From assembly GCA_965655095.1 (NCBI GenBank), contig OZ296649.1, forward strand, positions 15,996,001-16,060,000: DNA of 64,000 bases, written 5' to 3'. Positions 62,558-64,000 of the stretch are shown here, one piece after another. Every line of letters begins with the position of its first letter. Position 1 is the stretch's first letter. The notes under the pieces were generated by a model. It was not told the DNA's origin. It saw nothing but the letters and a program-made list of their open reading frames with translations, and ran no database searches. Position numbers and translations under genes: made by a program. The DNA comes from Haplodiscus bocki. Lineage: Eukaryota.

Positions 62558-62839
62558 ATTCCAACGCAACAGCCCACGTTTTTTTTGCTTTCATTGTGGT
62601 TGTTGTAGTCATCCTTCTTAGCTCCAGCGTGCTTCTTTCTAAACTTTGTCAATTTCCTCAGTCTCTACTTTGGAAGAACAGTCGTGCTCCTTGTAGGCAG
62701 CTTCCATCCATCCATCTAAATAACAGCAACAGAAGTTGTCCGTTTACCATCTGTAACAAGAGTCAGTCCCAAAAGAGCATCTCCTTTACTGTGGTCGTTA
62801 GAAAAAGAGACACAGAGATTTAGAAAACGGGCCAGTTTT

Positions 62840-63424
62840 GTGGATGCTCACTTCGCCAATCAAATCGGGCAAAAGATGATTCGAACTCCCAATGCAGTCG
62901 CTTTTCGCGGGCCGGCGCGTCAGTGTGGATCTGGAGGATTGGGAGCATTCGCCATGCGTATGGGCCGCGTGGCAATCCCTCTCGTAAAACAATACGTCAT
63001 GCCTGTGGCCAAAGAATTTGGAAAGAACTTATTATCGTCATTTGTGCCGGAAATCACAAACGTCATCTCGGGTAGGAAAAGACCAAAGACTGTGCTGGAG
63101 AAAACATTGAAAAAAAAGCGCTTCAAAAACCATTGCTTCGACCACCTCCGCCGCTTCTTCAAGAAGACTTATTGCTCGCGCATATACATAAAAAAAAACA
63201 ATTGCAAGTGTATCTGGATTGTGCGACCGGTTGCCACGCCGCGGCGGGCGGCGCGGGCGGGCTGGCGAGTGACGAGCGATGGAGCCGGCAGTAATCGGGC
63301 GGGCAGCGGGCCGTCGTCTGGGCGGCGAACACGAGACAATAAAGTGAAAGAAGTCATTAATCGGAAAAAGTTTGCTGCGAGAAGTCGGTCCGATTTACTC
63401 TTTGGTGTGGCGTTCAACAACTAG
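62840..63424 (+). CDS. Basic core/virion protein with adenain-type cleavage-like site
   Basis: RQCGSGGLGAFAMRMGRVAIPLVK (Q.G.G followed by an amphipathic helix), R/K-rich, immediately upstream of the major capsid gene. Confidence 0.7.
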   Translation: MDAHFANQIGQKMIRTPNAVAFRGPARQCGSGGLGAFAMRMGRVAIPLVKQYVMPVAKEFGKNLLSSFVPEITNVISGRKRPKTVLEKTLKKKRFKNHCFDHLRRFFKKTYCSRIYIKKNNCKCIWIVRPVATPRRAARAGWRVTSDGAGSNRAGSGPSSGRRTRDNKVKEVINRKKFAARSRSDLLFGVAFNN

Positions 63425-63468
63425 TAAAGAACTTGATTAGCAAGAATCACATAACGAAGGAAGGAGTG

Positions 63469-64000
63469 ATGAATACCAGCAGTAGCAACCAAAACCTCTA
63501 TTTTGGAGCCTCAAGTGAAAATGCAAATCCCGTAACCCACAGCGCTCTAGATTTTTTTGAGAAACCGTCCGTACTGATAAATTACGAAGGATCTTTCGAT
63601 CAAGAAGTCTTTCCTCATGTAGGTTGCACGGGGCCTCAGCTCGATTTTTTTGTCACATCAGGCAAAAAAAAACTGCATTGATTTGAACCGAATTTGTTTG
63701 GGATTGCACGTAAAATTATACAACCCAGATGGGAAAGATGCTGCAACGCCAGCCAAATTACTTTTTTCCAACAACACGCAACACTCTTTGGTTTCACACG
63801 TTGAATTAATTCTGAATGGCAAATTGATATCCAGTAGCAACAACAACTACCATCGCGCCGCCTTTGTCGAAACAGAATTAACAACAGACCCAGTTAGCTA
63901 AAGTACATGGACCGTTTGCCAAGGCTACCGTTATCGACCAAACAAAGAAAAAAATTTAGAAGTGAAAAACAAAATCATGAGAAAATTTGCTGATTATGGT
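63469..64000 (+). pseudogene. Major capsid protein (double jelly-roll), N-terminal part; frameshift and stop
   Basis: SALDFF..P........P......LDFFV....CIDL..I.L..KL and NN..HSL.S.VEL.LNGKLISSSNNNY...AFVET.L. Frameshift in the A-run at 63664-63672; TAA at 63899-63901. Confidence 0.9.

Larger units (their letters stand above)
56223..64000 (+). mobile_element. Polinton/Maverick (adintovirus-like) endogenous element, left part; continues beyond window
   Basis: AGTAGT terminus followed by co-oriented, intronless, tightly packed ORFs: packaging ATPase, retroviral-like integrase, minor capsid, core protein and major capsid. Confidence 0.93.

Overview
Repeat-rich animal (invertebrate-like) genomic DNA with a 200-N scaffold gap at 39468-39667. 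Only two host-gene fragments are recognisable, both on the minus strand: a GABA-B receptor subunit 2-like exon (39113-39334) and the last exon of a divergent ARPC2 (50465-50895). Most of the rest is mobile DNA. (A) A Ty3/Gypsy LTR retrotransposon on the minus strand (about 2115-10273) has a ~1.1 kb highly structured leader. A second, gap-truncated copy lies at 39668-41269, and an intron-containing, hAT-like pseudogene sits tail-to-tail at 1-1980. (B) A heavily decayed plus-strand Gypsy occupies about 12170-16990. (C) A decayed, large minus-strand Gypsy (about 17000-29459) has gag-pol followed by accessory frames. These include a signal-peptide ORF, a chuvirus-like class III fusion glycoprotein, a TRAF/MATH-domain ORF and a spliced gene that is duplicated at 30280-30960. 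(D) The left ~7.8 kb of a Polinton/Maverick (adintovirus-like) element runs from 56223 to the window end. It carries a PLA2-like ORF, packaging ATPase, PHD-finger-integrase fusion, minor capsid, core protein and major capsid. Smaller items are MITE-like elements, a tRNA-derived SINE-like element and simple repeats. All family assignments come from motif recognition by eye; no searches were run.
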